Positions 19,185 to 28,296 of a stretch of DNA of 64,000 nt are shown in pieces. The stretch is from Candidatus Thorarchaeota archaeon (GTDB lineage: Archaea; Asgardarchaeota; Thorarchaeia; Thorarchaeales; Thorarchaeaceae). The translations under genes and the position numbers were made by a program. The number at the start of each line of letters is the position of its first letter. The stretch's first letter is position 1. The notes under the pieces are model-generated. The model was not told where the DNA came from. It did not search any database and was given only the letters and a program-made list of their open reading frames with translations. Location: positions 1,107,713-1,171,712 of the forward strand of contig CP070761.1 of NCBI GenBank assembly GCA_020348985.1, in the 5' to 3' direction.

Positions 19185-20618
19185 ATGAACGAGCTAGGCA
19201 TCCCCGTTCTTTTGGTCTTTATTGGAACTTACATCGCAATTTCGAGTGAGAAAGTGAATAGGACCGGAATGGCACTTCTCGGAATGGGAGCAATAGGATT
19301 TGTCTTCTGGGCTGCAATTCTTCTTGGACTACCATCAACTCAGAATTGGGAAATCGGACCATTTGCTGAGATTGTCTTTCATATCGAATGGGATACTGTA
19401 CTCTTCGTCACTTCGATGATGATAATTGTAGCAGTAGCCGCCGCCTCAGGAATGTTCCAGTATATAGCACTGATGCTTGTCAGGCCAAGCAGAGGAGATC
19501 AAAGGTATCTCTTCGTAACCTTTCTTTTGTTTGTTCTAGGCATTTCATTGTTCTTCGATACCGTCTCAACCATGCTAATTATGGCACCACTTACCATAGA
19601 AGTCTGTAAGGCACTGGAGATTGATTTCAAACCGTTTCTCATAGCTGAGTCAATCACGTGTAATTTTGCCTCAATTCCTTCTATTGTTGGTGCAGTTCCG
19701 AATCTTGTCATTGCTACTCAAGTAGAAAGAGAGACTGGACGGTCGATCGTGGGAGAATTGTTCCTGGTCTTTTTGCCCTTAGCCATAATCCTCTTCGTAG
19801 TTTCAACCCCGCTCTTTCTCCGATATTACAAAGTGTCATTTGGAACTACTGATTCGCACAGAATGGAGGTTGTGGCGGAAATAGACCCCTCTTCAATGAT
19901 AACGTCAAGACGAGACTTCTATGCATCTGCGATTGCAATCGTTATTCTTGTTGTGGGCTTCGGATTCGGTCCTGGATTTGGACTGCGCCCACCCGTTGTC
20001 GCTTTGGTCATCGCAGCTTTCTTCCTCATACTATCTCATGATCGTGCCAATGACTTCTTGATGAAGATCGGATGGGACACAGTGTTCTTCCTTGTTGGTC
20101 TCTTTGGTCTCGTAGGAGCGCTCATCATCACTGGCCTGATTGATGACCTGGCGGTATACACTTCTGCTATCATCGGAGACAATCTGACTATTGCGACATC
20201 GTTTATGATTTGGATTCCCGCCATGCTTTCTGCCTTTCTAGACAACCTTCCAGTATCGATGGTCCTGGCACCTATAGCAGTCTTCGAGGGACTTCCAGCC
20301 GCAATAACAGGGATCCTACCATTCGCACTAATCTTTGCCGTAAACATTGGGGGGTATATCTTCACTCCTCTTGGTTCACCAGCTAACATGGTTGCTATGG
20401 GATTCTCTGAGAGAGAGCACAATCCAATATCCTTCATGGAGTTCGCAAAGATAGGTACGATTCTGGGTTTCATTCATTTGGGGCTAGGCACAGGATGGTT
20501 ACTTCTGGTTGGAATGTTCGGGATACTTCCAGTCTTCCTGATTGGCATGGCAATAGCGGTAGTCTTGCTAGCAATATTCATGAGGCCCTTTGTGAAAGCA
20601 TCTTCAGAGCAAGCATGA
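19185..20618 (+). CDS. ArsB/NhaD/SLC13 (P-protein-like) ion permease, copy 1
   Basis: IEWDT, SGMFQY, GAVPNL, SAFLDNLP, N.GG..TPLGSPAN; GGTGA RBS before ATG 19185. Confidence 0.9.
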   Translation: MNELGIPVLLVFIGTYIAISSEKVNRTGMALLGMGAIGFVFWAAILLGLPSTQNWEIGPFAEIVFHIEWDTVLFVTSMMIIVAVAAASGMFQYIALMLVRPSRGDQRYLFVTFLLFVLGISLFFDTVSTMLIMAPLTIEVCKALEIDFKPFLIAESITCNFASIPSIVGAVPNLVIATQVERETGRSIVGELFLVFLPLAIILFVVSTPLFLRYYKVSFGTTDSHRMEVVAEIDPSSMITSRRDFYASAIAIVILVVGFGFGPGFGLRPPVVALVIAAFFLILSHDRANDFLMKIGWDTVFFLVGLFGLVGALIITGLIDDLAVYTSAIIGDNLTIATSFMIWIPAMLSAFLDNLPVSMVLAPIAVFEGLPAAITGILPFALIFAVNIGGYIFTPLGSPANMVAMGFSEREHNPISFMEFAKIGTILGFIHLGLGTGWLLLVGMFGILPVFLIGMAIAVVLLAIFMRPFVKASSEQA

Positions 20619-20693
20619 GCCGAACAAACTAAATCGGTGGTCGAAGAGTGCTGTTCTGGTTTCTCAGTGTTGAGACTTAGGTGATTTGAAAGA

Positions 20694-22052
20694 ATGGAGC
20701 CTGTGACGTTTGCTGTCTTAGTGGTCTTCGTTGGAACCTATATCGCAATCTCATCTGAAAAGGTGAACAGGACTGCCGCGGCGCTGCTAGGAATGGGCCT
20801 CATAGGCGTGGTTCTCGTAGTAACCCGCACAAGTACCTTCAGACATGTTGTTGAGTTGATAGAATGGCATACCGTCTTGTTTGTTACTGCAATGATGGCA
20901 ATCGTGACTATTGCTGCCGGTTCAGGGATGTTCCAGTACTTGGCTATCCAGCTGACACGTCCCTCACATGGACTAACAAAGCGCCTGTTTGTCTATTTCC
21001 TTTCCTTTGTTTTCGTGATATCGATCTTCCTCGATACGACATCCACAATGCTGATCATGGCACCTCTAACCATCGAGGTATGCAAGGCTCTTGAGATTGA
21101 TTTCAAACCATTTCTAATCGCAGAAGCTGTCGTCTGTAATTTCGCATCAATCCCGACAATTGTGGGAGCTGTCCCAAACTTGGTCATCGCCGAAGCAGCA
21201 TCCCTTGATCAAGGATTGCTGTTTGTGTTGATGATGCCTCTCTCAATGCTTCTATTCGGTGTTTCAGTACCAATCTTCCTGTATTTCTTCAATAAGCAAT
21301 TGACTCAAGCAGACACGGACCTAGTTGAAGAATTCTTGCTCATAGATGCCTCATACATGATAAGATCAAGGAGAGACTTCTACCTGTCGGTAATCGGAAT
21401 AGGTGTCCTTGTTGTTGGTTTCACGTTGGGTCATACCATAGGTTTTCAGCCGTCGATGATTGCCATTGTTGTTGCCGCCTTCTTGCTTCTTCTAACAAGA
21501 GAGTGGGTTGATGATGTGTTGAAGAAGATCAACTGGGGAACCGTTTTCTTTTTGATTGGACTTTTCGGACTGGTGGCGGCGCTTCAGATAACTGGCGTAA
21601 TAGTTGCCCTTGGTGATACAATAGAATCAATAATAGGGGCTAACGAAGCATTTGGCGTTCTCTTCATGTGTTGGGTTCCAAGCCTAGTTTCCGCGGTAGT
21701 TGATAACATTCCAATTGCTACAATACTGGCACCAATCGCCACAGGGCTTGCAAGCACAAGTTGGTTACTGCCCTATGTTCTGATATTCGCAGTCAATGTT
21801 GGAGGATTTATTCTGCCCATCGGTGCTCCAGCCAATATACTGGCCATCTCGTTATCAGAGAAGGAGCGGAATCCAATCAGATTCTACGATTTCGCAAGGA
21901 TAGCGACTCCGCTAGGTCTCCTGATGTTGGTTGTGGGAACTGGATGGTTCCTTCTAGTTGGAGTATTCGGAATACTGCCAGTCTTCTTGGCGGGTATTGT
22001 GATTGCCTCGGTTATGTTGGTAGTGTCAATGAGACTCTTCTTGAAAGCATGA
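20694..22052 (+). CDS. ArsB/NhaD/SLC13 ion permease, copy 2 (tandem paralogue)
   Basis: Same motifs as copy 1; shares MAPLTIEVCKALEIDFKPFLIAE with it. Confidence 0.9.
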   Translation: MEPVTFAVLVVFVGTYIAISSEKVNRTAAALLGMGLIGVVLVVTRTSTFRHVVELIEWHTVLFVTAMMAIVTIAAGSGMFQYLAIQLTRPSHGLTKRLFVYFLSFVFVISIFLDTTSTMLIMAPLTIEVCKALEIDFKPFLIAEAVVCNFASIPTIVGAVPNLVIAEAASLDQGLLFVLMMPLSMLLFGVSVPIFLYFFNKQLTQADTDLVEEFLLIDASYMIRSRRDFYLSVIGIGVLVVGFTLGHTIGFQPSMIAIVVAAFLLLLTREWVDDVLKKINWGTVFFLIGLFGLVAALQITGVIVALGDTIESIIGANEAFGVLFMCWVPSLVSAVVDNIPIATILAPIATGLASTSWLLPYVLIFAVNVGGFILPIGAPANILAISLSEKERNPIRFYDFARIATPLGLLMLVVGTGWFLLVGVFGILPVFLAGIVIASVMLVVSMRLFLKA

Positions 22053-22197
22053 ATGAATGCCAACTAGTCAACCGGTCGATGTTGATCACCCAATGCAAAA
22101 CCTCCATAAATCCAAATTATACCTTCTTCAGATCATACATCTGCGGCTTACGAAAACTATGAAATGGGAGTTAATCTGAACCAATACAGACTGTCAA

Positions 22198-22695
22198 ATG
22201 CCTAAGCGCGCTCGATGTCCACATTGTGACAAGCTGTACAACAGAGATCTTTTGGACAGTCACATCAAGCGCTGTAGACAAAGGCGTAGAGTCGAATTAC
22301 GAACGAAGGAACAGGACGGACGGAAGACCGTTGTAGTGGACGGCAATAACGTGGCGCATTATCTCTCAAGTGATGGAGTTCCAAGAGCATCTAATCTAGT
22401 CATAGCACACAGAAGTCTGTCTAATTCTGGGCTCAGTCCAGTCTTCGTTGTATCTGCGGCGCTGAAGCATAGAATAGACAAACCGGCCGCACTAAGTCAG
22501 ATGATTGATGATGGACTGCTCAGAGAGGCCCCTAGAGGAAAAGATGATGACCTCTTCATAATCAGAACTGCTCAAGAGTTGAGAGCTGATATCGTCTCAA
22601 ATGACCGTTTCTTGAAGTATCTGAATCGGTTTCCTTGGTTGCCAGATAGGCTCCTTAGGTATCGGATGACACCAGCAGGTTTGATTCTCATCTAG
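22198..22695 (+). CDS. Zc3h12a/Regnase-type NYN (PIN) ribonuclease with N-terminal C2HC zinc finger
   Basis: CPHC-x11-H-x3-C, then VVDGNNVA ... DDD.FI ... IVSNDRF catalytic acidic set. Confidence 0.85.
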   Translation: MPKRARCPHCDKLYNRDLLDSHIKRCRQRRRVELRTKEQDGRKTVVVDGNNVAHYLSSDGVPRASNLVIAHRSLSNSGLSPVFVVSAALKHRIDKPAALSQMIDDGLLREAPRGKDDDLFIIRTAQELRADIVSNDRFLKYLNRFPWLPDRLLRYRMTPAGLILI

Positions 22696-22704
22696 CTTGT
22701 GATT

Positions 22705-23079
22705 CTACCTCTTGAACTGAAGCAGTTCCAATATATTACCAGAGGGGTCTCTAAATGCCATGAAAGTACCAGCTGGAAACTCCTGTGGTCCATCATGAAG
22801 GAACTCAACACCTGAGTCCTTGAGTTTTCTCGAGGTCTTTTCCAGATTCTTGGTCTCAACAGCCAACACAACTTGTGATGATGATGGATAGGTGGCGGGG
22901 TTGGGTTCTTCCGTTTTCTCAATAACCACTGTGGGACCATCATTCTCAAGTGTGACCAAGCACGTCTCATCATACACATAATCAACTTTGAAACCTAGTT
23001 TGTTCACGTAGAAGTCTAGAGATGCCTCCATGTCTGTGACGTAGATTCCAATCACACAGAAACTTGACAGAGTATTCAC
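22705..23079 (-). CDS. VOC / glyoxalase family protein
   Basis: IYVTDMEASLDFY...LGF ... FRDPSGN.LEL. Confidence 0.92.
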   Translation of the reverse strand: MNTLSSFCVIGIYVTDMEASLDFYVNKLGFKVDYVYDETCLVTLENDGPTVVIEKTEEPNPATYPSSSQVVLAVETKNLEKTSRKLKDSGVEFLHDGPQEFPAGTFMAFRDPSGNILELLQFKR

Positions 23080-23243
23080 CCGAGATGCTCACGCCAATTG
23101 ATGCGTAATAAAACAGGAGATTCAAGCATTTTTCAAACTGCATTGACTGGAAATCCAAGTAGGAAGTGTCATCGCATCAAAAGCGTTAAAATGACACAGA
23201 GATTGCTGACTTAGACTGACACTTTGGTCGATGGTGAACATCA

Positions 23244-25016
23244 ATGTTGGCGAGCGAGCTGAAGAAACTCTACTTGAAGTTCTTCAAAGAGAGAGGACAT
23301 GCTATCATTCCGTCTGCCTCGCTCTTGCCAGAGCACGACCCAACTGTGCTTTTCATATCGGCTGGAATGCATCCTTTGGTTCCCTATCTTCTAGGTCAGC
23401 CCCACCCAATGGGTAACCGATTGGCAGACTGTCAGAAGTGCCTGAGAACAACTGACATCGAAGAGGTAGGTGATGCAACGCACCTGACATTCTTGGAGAT
23501 GTTGGGCAATTGGAGTCTCAATGACTACTGGAAGAAAGAGGCAATCGAGTGGTCCTACGAATTCTTGACATCCAAGAAATGGTTGGGTTTTGACCCAGAG
23601 AAACTCTCTGTCACCGTTTTTGCCGGTGACGAAGATGCCCCCCGCGATGATGAAGCTGCAAAGATATGGAAGAGCTTGGGAATTCCAGAAGAACGAATTT
23701 ACTACCTTCCGAAAGAAGAGAACTGGTGGGGGCCTGCAGGAACAACTGGCCCCTGTGGTCCATGCACTGAGATGTTCATTAGAATTGACGAGCTTCCGTT
23801 GTGTGGTCCTGAGTGCAGACCGGGCTGCAATTGCGGTGCTTGGTTTGAGATATGGAATGACGTCTTCATGTATTATAACAAGACAGCCGAAGGTAGCTAT
23901 GAGCAGCTGGAGCACAGGAATATAGACACGGGTATGGGACTTGAACGCACGGCAGCTATGCTCCAAGGCAAAAAGACTGTCTACGAGATTGAGTTGTTTA
24001 GACCATTGATGGAGAAGATTCGAGAACTCTCAGGAAAGAATGAAGTTACCGAGGAAGAAGACAAGCTTGAGAGAATCATAGCTGACCATGTCAGATCTGC
24101 CATCATGATTATGGCTGACGATGCAAGGATTGCGCCTTCTAATTTGGAGCATGGATACATCGTACGCCGTCTGCTGAGAAAGGCGATTCACATTGGAGAC
24201 AAGCTAGGAATCGGTTCAGGATTCATGCTCCAGCTTGCTGAGATTGTCATCGACATGCATAAGGACGCTTATGAAGAAGTGAAGCGGAACCGGGATTTCA
24301 TATTGGAGAATCTTGAGCTTGAAGAAGCCAAGTTCAGGAAGACTCTTGGAAAGGCCCTGAGGAAGTTCGACAGAATCTTGCAGGAAGCTGGCACTGTGAC
24401 AGGCAAAGACGCGTTCCTGTTGTTCACCAGTTTCGGTCTTCCTCTGGAGATGACAAGAGACCTTGCAGAGGAGAAACGCATCGAGATCAACATGGAAGAA
24501 TTCACGGAGGAGTTCGAGCGTCACAGAGAGATTTCGAGAACTGCGACAGAGTGGAAGTTCAGCGGCGGGTTGGCGGACCATAGCGAAGAGATTACTATGC
24601 TTCACACGGCCACTCATCTCTTGCAGGAGGCTCTTAGAAGAGTCCTCGGAGAAAAAGTGTCCCAGTCTGGCAGTAACATCACGAAAGAGCGCTTGCGATT
24701 CGACTTCACATTCGATAGGAAGCTGACACCTGAAGAGGTGAAAGAAGTTGAGGACCTTGTCAACGGCGTGATTGGGAGGAACCTTGAGGTCACTCAGGAG
24801 TTCATGTCATTGGATGACGCGTTGGCTAGTGGAGCGTTGGCATTCTTCAAGGAGACCTATGGTGATGAGGTCTCGGTATACTATGTGGGCGACTTCAGCA
24901 AGGAAATCTGTGGAGGACCCCATGTTCAAAGAAGTGGTCTACTAGGACGATTTAGAATTGCAAAGCAGAAGAAGATAGGAGCCGGCATAATTCGGATTAG
25001 AGCAGTTCTAGAATGA
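23244..25016 (+). CDS. alaS: Alanine--tRNA ligase, short form lacking the C-Ala domain
   Basis: DPTVLF..AGM, QKC.RT.DIEEVG, EMLGNWS, GPCGPC.E, IDTGMGLER, HTATH and CGGPH editing motifs. Confidence 0.96.
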   Translation: MLASELKKLYLKFFKERGHAIIPSASLLPEHDPTVLFISAGMHPLVPYLLGQPHPMGNRLADCQKCLRTTDIEEVGDATHLTFLEMLGNWSLNDYWKKEAIEWSYEFLTSKKWLGFDPEKLSVTVFAGDEDAPRDDEAAKIWKSLGIPEERIYYLPKEENWWGPAGTTGPCGPCTEMFIRIDELPLCGPECRPGCNCGAWFEIWNDVFMYYNKTAEGSYEQLEHRNIDTGMGLERTAAMLQGKKTVYEIELFRPLMEKIRELSGKNEVTEEEDKLERIIADHVRSAIMIMADDARIAPSNLEHGYIVRRLLRKAIHIGDKLGIGSGFMLQLAEIVIDMHKDAYEEVKRNRDFILENLELEEAKFRKTLGKALRKFDRILQEAGTVTGKDAFLLFTSFGLPLEMTRDLAEEKRIEINMEEFTEEFERHREISRTATEWKFSGGLADHSEEITMLHTATHLLQEALRRVLGEKVSQSGSNITKERLRFDFTFDRKLTPEEVKEVEDLVNGVIGRNLEVTQEFMSLDDALASGALAFFKETYGDEVSVYYVGDFSKEICGGPHVQRSGLLGRFRIAKQKKIGAGIIRIRAVLE

Positions 25017-25288
25017 GCTTGTTTGGTTAGAGAATGCGGCTAGAGTGAGCTGGAAGGGTTACGAAGCTCGCGTGTTGAGTCTAGGATTCGAAGTCTTGAG
25101 TTTGCTTCCGAAAAGAGAAAAAAATCAGGTTGACAGAGAAATGGAGAGGCAACTCCCCATTTCAAGGGCCTAAGCCCGCGAAATCTCATTCCGAAAAGAG
25201 TTAGAAATCATGATCTGCGTTTGAAACATTAAAAAAATGGGCGTGCCAATCGGGGATGATTGGTTGCAGTTACGGAGAGGAGATTCAG

Positions 25289-25732
25289 ATGACCGAAATG
25301 AATAGGTCTTGGAGAAGTGCACCTGTGTTCACAGCAGCAGGGGTCTTACTCATTGTGCAAGCCGTCGTTAGTAACGTGCTCATTTTGATGTTCTTGCCAG
25401 GTAGCTTTAGCATAATGTTTCTTCTTGGGTCCGTATTGGCCTTACTCGCCTTAACGATGTATGTCGGCGCTCAATTGGCTCGCACCTCGCGCATAGCATC
25501 TTTGTGGGGCTTGTTCTGGGGCATCTTGATTATTGTGGTGACGATTGGAATCCATGGTGGTCCATATGGTACACTCTTTGGTCCATACATCTCACCATCG
25601 ATAGAAGCTATGGCTATCCTTCCGGGAATCGCTGGAGGAGTGCTTGGCGTTCTGGCGGCAGTCGTCTCATGGGCTGAGAACACAAGACCATCCACAATGA
25701 AAGCTGAGCCAGTCACCCATCTGACAGGTTGA
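25289..25732 (+). CDS. Hypothetical four-TM membrane protein
   Basis: Four hydrophobic segments; GGAGG RBS upstream of ATG 25289. Confidence 0.7.
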   Translation: MTEMNRSWRSAPVFTAAGVLLIVQAVVSNVLILMFLPGSFSIMFLLGSVLALLALTMYVGAQLARTSRIASLWGLFWGILIIVVTIGIHGGPYGTLFGPYISPSIEAMAILPGIAGGVLGVLAAVVSWAENTRPSTMKAEPVTHLTG

Positions 25733-25823
25733 AATCCCTAAATAAGGACTAGCCCTGGAGCTGGCATCCAATTCATACAGACTTTTCTGTAGACCGAGTT
25801 CGGAAGCTAATATGTCTTATTCA

Positions 25824-25876
25824 ATGTAATACTTTATAAGGACAGATGAAATGGGTATTATGTAATACCATTACAT
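25824..25876 (+). promoter_or_regulatory. TATA box flanked by ATGTAATAC repeats and overlapping palindromes
   Basis: ATGTAATAC 25824-25832, TTTATAA 25833-25839, GGTATTA-TG-TAATACC 25854-25869, ATGTAAT-ACC-ATTACAT 25860-25876. Confidence 0.6.
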
Positions 25877-25892
25877 GGGGTAGAGCAAAGAA

Positions 25893-26885
25893 TTGTCAAG
25901 TTCATCGGGCGCGGCTCAGATAAGAGCACTAGCCGACGAAATCCTTCAAGAGGAGTCATTCCGGTTAGAAGGCCCAATTTGCCATGAATCAGTCTCATTG
26001 ATTCCAATTGTCACAACAGAGGAAGTAGGGAGCCAACCCAACTTCATGAACGCTGCCGAGGCGCTTTCCACGGGCGTACTGCAGATAATTGAAGGTGGAG
26101 ACAGTGTAGAGCTCATTATAGCTCAAAACATGGGACAGATCCCTATCTTGATTGAAGAAGGAGAAGTTCTGAAAGCCGACGGCTCGCAGGACAGAATTGT
26201 CGTCACTAACATCGTCATTCAGCCAGGCGACCGTATCAGAATCCCGGTCAAGTGTGTACATGCACCACATGCATTGCACGCCGGATCCAGATTCAGGTCA
26301 ATTGGCGCTGGGTCGTACAATATGAGAGCTGGTCTCAAGCGTGCCAAGTATCAATCCATCATGACCGATGTTGAACACTATACGCCTGAACACGCCGTTG
26401 ACCAAAGCGAAGTTTGGGAGAGCGCACGCCTAGAAGGTGTCGCAGCAGGGACAGCCGACCCAACAAAATACACTAAGGCTCTTGAGAAGCAGCGGAAGTC
26501 AGCTGAGAAGACCGCCAAGAAGTTCAGAAAAGAAATGCCAGAGAGGACATGTGGATTCATAGCGGTTGACAGCAAAGGCATTGTCCGCTCAATAGAGATC
26601 TACCGTTCTGCTCGTGCGTTCCAAGGACGGTCAGGTTTCATCGAGTCGCTCTTGATGGCATTCTCGAAGAAAGGGGAGAAGACCCAAGAGAACGAGGTGG
26701 CACTTTCGACGGCTCTGCAGGTCTTGATGAAACTAAGGCGCATCTCAGATGAAACCGTGATTGTTCAGGAAGGTTCTGATAATCTACACATCCGAGTCGA
26801 CGAATTGACTGGCGAAGCCATAACCAGCAAGCAGCCTGACGGTACACACAGAGTCATTTATGCTTCACTGGGCACCACTGACTAG
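25893..26885 (+). CDS. ARPP-1 / DUF6569 family protein
   Basis: L.I.E..SV..I...N....PILI.EGE.L..G.QDRIV...I.I.......IPV.CV and DQ.EVW patterns. Confidence 0.75.
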   Translation: MSSSSGAAQIRALADEILQEESFRLEGPICHESVSLIPIVTTEEVGSQPNFMNAAEALSTGVLQIIEGGDSVELIIAQNMGQIPILIEEGEVLKADGSQDRIVVTNIVIQPGDRIRIPVKCVHAPHALHAGSRFRSIGAGSYNMRAGLKRAKYQSIMTDVEHYTPEHAVDQSEVWESARLEGVAAGTADPTKYTKALEKQRKSAEKTAKKFRKEMPERTCGFIAVDSKGIVRSIEIYRSARAFQGRSGFIESLLMAFSKKGEKTQENEVALSTALQVLMKLRRISDETVIVQEGSDNLHIRVDELTGEAITSKQPDGTHRVIYASLGTTD

Positions 26886-26899
26886 GAAACCGGTCAGGG

Positions 26900-26975
26900 C
26901 GCGAAAGCGGGACAACGACGTCGAGGGGGTGTGGGACCCCATCGAACCCCCACCCCCTTGGCGTCAACATGTCTT
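26900..26975 (+). other. Very stable GC-rich 3' stem-loop with adjacent GAAA tetraloop hairpin
   Basis: GACGTCGAGGGGGTGTGGG pairs with CCCCCACCCCCTTGGCGTC (26917-26965; 18 of 19 positions pair, including G-U); CGC-GAAA-GCG just upstream. Confidence 0.65.
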
Positions 26976-26982
26976 GCATGCT

Positions 26983-27423
26983 TCAGTTTTCTTCATTCTG
27001 AGAATTATCGTTGGCTTCCGACATATGCTGCTGACATATTCTCCAGTTCCCACCGCGTTTTTCTAGAACCCCGGTCCATCGAATATCTCTCGTGCCCCAT
27101 GGTTTGCCATCGAATTCTCCTTCGTCATCTACGACAGCTGAAAACCAGGCCACGTCTCCACTCTTTGAGATTACAATTCTCAGATCTCTAATATCAAATC
27201 CTTTAGCTATGTTTCGTGGATCCATCCATCCGTCCAAGAATTTCTCAAACTGGCCCCACCCTATGACAGTACTCTTAGAGTCTGGATAATATGTAAAGAA
27301 GTCGTCATCTTGAGCAAAAATGCCCTCAAATAGTGCTCGATCTTTGGTTAGAGCCCATCCGAAAGCATCATGAAGAATTCTGCTGATTTCGTTTACAACT
27401 TTGGTTCTATTTGAAGTGAGCAA
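26983..27423 (-). CDS. SnoaL-like / NTF2 family protein
   Basis: GDVAWFS ... RWTGVLEKR.G.W.I.Q.H.S. Confidence 0.88.
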   Translation of the reverse strand: MLTSNRTKVVNEISRILHDAFGWALTKDRALFEGIFAQDDDFFTYYPDSKSTVIGWGQFEKFLDGWMDPRNIAKGFDIRDLRIVISKSGDVAWFSAVVDDEGEFDGKPWGTRDIRWTGVLEKRGGNWRICQQHMSEANDNSQNEEN

Positions 27424-27609
27424 ATCAAGTCAATGAGAAGTCGATTTTCTTCTGAGTCTTAAGTCTACTCAGCAAAGCAACTCAAGTGCGTGTTAGCGGT
27501 GGAGAGAGAATAGAGACAGTAAGAACTATCTGAGCTTCTGTCATAGTTCTGCACCCCGAGCTTTGACTACTCCGGTAATCGAGTGAATGGTCTTCGTGTG
27601 GATTGCTAG

Positions 27610-28278
27610 GTGAAACTGATGGCGTTTTCAAGAATCTTTGGATCTGGCGACAAGAAACTACAGAAGAGAGCTGATGAATTGTTACTAAAGCTGAGCAAGG
27701 ACTTCCAAGCTGCAAGTGCCAAGCTTCATGCCGCCGCCAAGGCTTGGAGCAAGGGTGATGTTAAGGTACTTGAGGAGATTGTTGGGGAGATTATAGAGAT
27801 TGAGAGAGAAGCGGATTGCCTCAAGGACGAACTTGTAAACAGCATATTCTCTAAACATGCTTACCTTCCTCAACAGACACAAGATAGGCACGAGCTTGTT
27901 ATGCACATGGACGCAGTAATTGATGCCGCTGAAGAGGCCATTAGGTTGATGGCAATTGGGAAGAAGCGTAAGCCGCCCAAGTTGCTGGTCGAGATTGCTG
28001 AGAAATGCTGGTACTGCACGGACATGCTCCAGGACGCAATCAAGCTAATCTTCATTGACTTCGATGCAGCAGTTGAGTTGTCACATAAGATTGAAAAAGT
28101 CAGAGAGGAAGCACGGTCTCTGAAGTTCAAACTGCACGACCGGCTCTTCAATGATCCGAAGTGTGACCCAATTGATTCGAGTTATTACCACCATCTATCG
28201 CGAAGAATCATTGATGTGGCGATCCAGGCTGAAATAACAAGTGATTTCATCCGAGCGTTGGCTGTGAAGTACTCGTAG
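27610..28278 (+). CDS. DUF47 phosphate-transport regulator (PhoU-like)
   Basis: IEREAD.LK, DR.EL...MD.V.D.AE repeats; directly upstream of PiT. Confidence 0.88.
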   Translation: MKLMAFSRIFGSGDKKLQKRADELLLKLSKDFQAASAKLHAAAKAWSKGDVKVLEEIVGEIIEIEREADCLKDELVNSIFSKHAYLPQQTQDRHELVMHMDAVIDAAEEAIRLMAIGKKRKPPKLLVEIAEKCWYCTDMLQDAIKLIFIDFDAAVELSHKIEKVREEARSLKFKLHDRLFNDPKCDPIDSSYYHHLSRRIIDVAIQAEITSDFIRALAVKYS

Positions 28279-28296
28279 AACAGGGGGCAGTATGCA

